Positions 31,674 through 33,989 of a stretch of 33,989 nt of DNA are shown piece by piece; the first letter of the stretch is position 1; every line of letters begins with the position of its first letter. The DNA comes from a virus (Duplodnaviria > Caudoviricetes). The position numbers and the translations under genes are program-made. The notes beneath the pieces were generated by a model, which saw nothing but the letters and a program-made list of their open reading frames with translations, was not told the origin of the DNA and searched no databases. The stretch covers positions 1-33,989 of the IMG/VR virus record IMGVR_UViG_3300045999_010702; one strand, given 5' to 3'.

Positions 31674-32965
31674 TAGATGTCAGTTTTCGTTACTGTTAGT
31701 GTAACGGCGGAATCGGTAAGGGTCGATGCGGCTTCGGTAAGCGTTACCGAGCTGTCGCTAATTGATGTTGTATTAAAAAGAAGAGTCATAGACGCAGTGC
31801 TCCAGCTTGCGCTGTTGTAGTAATACGAGCCATGCGTGCCAGTCCCGGAGCCATTTAACGCCAAATGAGCAATTAAGCCATTGGGAGCAGTCGGCCCAAA
31901 AACAAAAGACGTAAATGCTGCACCTGCCAAATAAAGACTAAATGGTTGAACGGCTATTGCATAGGCCGTTTCCGAATTTGTGGTACCCAAATAACGTTGA
32001 TACTGCACTGAAAGGCTGTTGTCATATTTTACAGCATAAAAATCGTTGCGTCTTTCCGTGCCCGAAAAATAAGTACCTATATTATCTGTCGAAACGATAT
32101 ATATATTACCAGAAGAGTCTTTTGCGGCGGCGGCAACACTGTTAATTGTTCGGTTAATAATCGTAGATGTCGAATACGTGCCATTACTTGTATATTTAAT
32201 TGCGCTTAAGGCGTCATTTCCTTTGCCAAAAACAAATACATTAGAAGAAGCGTCTGTTGTGATAGCGGTTGCTGTCCAGTTTGCATCAGTTGTATGAACA
32301 CTCCGCTGGAACTGGAGAGCGCCAGATGAATTGTATTTAACTGTTAAAAAACGATCAAAAGTGCTAGGAGCATAATTTCCGCACACAACGGGATTATTGC
32401 TAGCGTCAAGAGTAATTGCCGTATAAAGCGAGCTTTGGCCTTCGTCCATTGATAAGATGTTTTGCCACTGCAGCACGCCAGAGGAATTGTATTTTGCTAT
32501 GTAAGCTTCTTCCGCGCCAAAGCTGCCGGTATAACCGGCAATGTATGTATCGCCACTTGAATTTGTTGCTATAGCATTTATGTAGGCATTTGTAATTCTT
32601 CTCTGCCATCTAATAGAGCCGGAAGAAGAGTAACTGCAGACAACAGCAAGTGTGCCGCCTCCACTTTCATTTAGTGCAATATATGAGTTTTCAGAGCTGT
32701 CCAAAGCTATGCCAACAGCAGCATAAGAGTAAAATCCGCCAGAACCCAAAGACCGCTGCCAGCTAAGATTAGCATTTTTGTCCATTTTTCCAATTAACGC
32801 ATAACCAGGACTTGTCGGATATCTGCCGCAAAAATAAATATCATTATTTGCGGTCACTGCTATGCCACTGACGTATTCATTGTTGCTTGCTGTCGAAAGA
32901 CGTGCAATCCAATAATCTTTGGTGAGTTCGCCGGTTGCGGCCAGCAGCAAGAGCTTACTAATCAT
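31673..32965 (-). CDS. Beta-propeller (SBBP-like) putative receptor-binding protein
   Basis: Repeated IA.DSS.N.YI.G...KYNSSG.LQWQR blades; ATG 32965 is coupled to the upstream TGA. Confidence 0.8.
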   Translation of the reverse strand: MISKLLLLAATGELTKDYWIARLSTASNNEYVSGIAVTANNDIYFCGRYPTSPGYALIGKMDKNANLSWQRSLGSGGFYSYAAVGIALDSSENSYIALNESGGGTLAVVCSYSSSGSIRWQRRITNAYINAIATNSSGDTYIAGYTGSFGAEEAYIAKYNSSGVLQWQNILSMDEGQSSLYTAITLDASNNPVVCGNYAPSTFDRFLTVKYNSSGALQFQRSVHTTDANWTATAITTDASSNVFVFGKGNDALSAIKYTSNGTYSTSTIINRTINSVAAAAKDSSGNIYIVSTDNIGTYFSGTERRNDFYAVKYDNSLSVQYQRYLGTTNSETAYAIAVQPFSLYLAGAAFTSFVFGPTAPNGLIAHLALNGSGTGTHGSYYYNSASWSTASMTLLFNTTSISDSSVTLTEAASTLTDSAVTLTVTKTDI

Positions 32966-33989
32966 CAGACATAACTCCCGACATAAGCACCATACAGGGT
33001 TGTGCTGATTTTCCAAAATACCAGCACATCTTTTGCGGTAAGTACGGGAGCCGCATTGCCGCCTGCCGACACCCAAGTAATTGTTGGCCACGTCACCGTA
33101 TAACTACTTCCGTTCTCAAGCCGAAGCAATACTGACTGCCCGCTCTCCAGTGCTTCGGTGAATGTAGTGTTACCACTCAATGACTTATACTGAACCGTTC
33201 CGTTTGCGGGATCAATAGCAGTACCAGTCAAGTCATAAATAGTTTCCCTGATTTCTTTAAGCGTGGTTTGACCTGTAACATCAAGCGTGCTTGATGTTGC
33301 GATTGCGCCACTAGTGTTAATTGCAGTGCTGCCTCCAATCGTACCGCTGGTAATTGCTGCACCGCTAACCTTGCCCGCAGTAGAAATAATGGCAAGTTTA
33401 CTATCAGCAATAGCAGCGCTTGAAGAGATGTCGGCGTTGACAATGCTGTTACTGAGCGCCAATTTGCTGTAAGCGACCGCTGCACCAGAAGCAATATCAG
33501 CATTGACAATACTGTTGCTTAGATTGAGCTTGCTGTAAGCAACAGCAGCGCTGCTCGCAATATCAGCATTGACAATGCTATTTGTTAGCGCCAACTTGCT
33601 GTAGGCGACGGCAGCACTAGCACCAATGTCAGCGTTTACAACGCTGCCAGTCAGCGCAAGCTTGCTATAGGCAATAGCAGCACTAACGGAAACATCGGCA
33701 TTGACGATATTTGCATTACCGCTAACAAGAACAGTGCCGCTTAGATCCGGAAAAGTAATTGTGCGAGCCGCTGAGGCGGTAGCTGCCGAGATTGTGGTGT
33801 TAAACGAACCGGTGTCGTAAACAAGACTGACAGCGTCTAGCGTGACATTTCCGGTAAAAGTGTCTCCAGCCTTGTTTGCTTTGATAGTGTTCAGCGATGC
33901 CAGCATGTCTTGGACATTGCTGCCGGTTACGCCGGAAATAGCAGTGGTTGTAATGTTCGAGGCAGTTTGCGCTGCAACCGTCGACGACA
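32965..33989 (-). CDS. Tail fibre / structural protein, 5'-partial
   Basis: The frame is open to the window edge; contains five 22-aa repeats and a C-terminal IDPANGTVQYKSL...TVTWP..W domain. Confidence 0.8.
   Translation of the reverse strand, partial: SSTVAAQTASNITTTAISGVTGSNVQDMLASLNTIKANKAGDTFTGNVTLDAVSLVYDTGSFNTTISAATASAARTITFPDLSGTVLVSGNANIVNADVSVSAAIAYSKLALTGSVVNADIGASAAVAYSKLALTNSIVNADIASSAAVAYSKLNLSNSIVNADIASGAAVAYSKLALSNSIVNADISSSAAIADSKLAIISTAGKVSGAAITSGTIGGSTAINTSGAIATSSTLDVTGQTTLKEIRETIYDLTGTAIDPANGTVQYKSLSGNTTFTEALESGQSVLLRLENGSSYTVTWPTITWVSAGGNAAPVLTAKDVLVFWKISTTLYGAYVGSYV
33394..33715 (-). repeat. Five tandem ~66-nt coding repeats
   Basis: IVNAD(I/V)xxxAA(I/V)AYSKLxL repeated five times; coordinates approximate. 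Confidence 0.8.

Noticed and set aside
33394-33715. CRISPR-like or DGR repeat array
   Set aside because: The repeats are in-frame 22-aa protein repeats with synonymous divergence and no spacers. No reverse transcriptase or cas gene is seen.
1-33989. tRNA, rRNA or photosynthesis auxiliary genes (psbA, hli)
   Set aside because: None recognised by eye; tRNAscan or Infernal would be needed to exclude small RNAs.

Overview
This is a 34-kb piece of a GC-rich tailed dsDNA phage genome. A picocyanobacterial (Synechococcus/Cyanobium-type) siphovirus is inferred from the gene families, not proven. Layout: (i) 1-3.5 kb is a putative genome end with a lambda cosQ-like sequence, strongly biased k-mer content, and four leftward genes including a Gp88-like radical-SAM-type protein. 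(ii) 3.7-6.8 kb holds further leftward genes, including an RlpA-like protein and a stand-alone NAD-ligase adenylation domain. (iii) An AT-rich iteron origin at about 6.9-7.15 kb sits beside a RepB-type primase-helicase. (iv) A rightward replication/recombination/nucleotide arm carries an SF2 helicase, VRR-NUC, DnaQ-like exonuclease, an array of small ORFs, RecE-like exonuclease, SSB, ThyX and dNMP kinase. (v) A leftward late arm carries dCTP deaminase, a GH24+M15 endolysin, small membrane lysis genes, a tyrosine recombinase and tail fibre genes. The best candidate for an undescribed system is a family of 15-bp sites (TAGN-N7-NCTA inverted arms, each with a different 7-nt spacer). These sites sit in the same codon phase at five module junctions of the tail-fibre gene near an arm-less tyrosine recombinase, and recur at gene boundaries of the small-ORF array. 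This suggests a spacer-addressed module/cassette shuffling system. Also notable are a phased A_AAA_AAG -1 frameshift in the holin-like gene and a TTACCGC motif upstream of early start codons. All calls come from reading the sequence by eye; no database searches were run.
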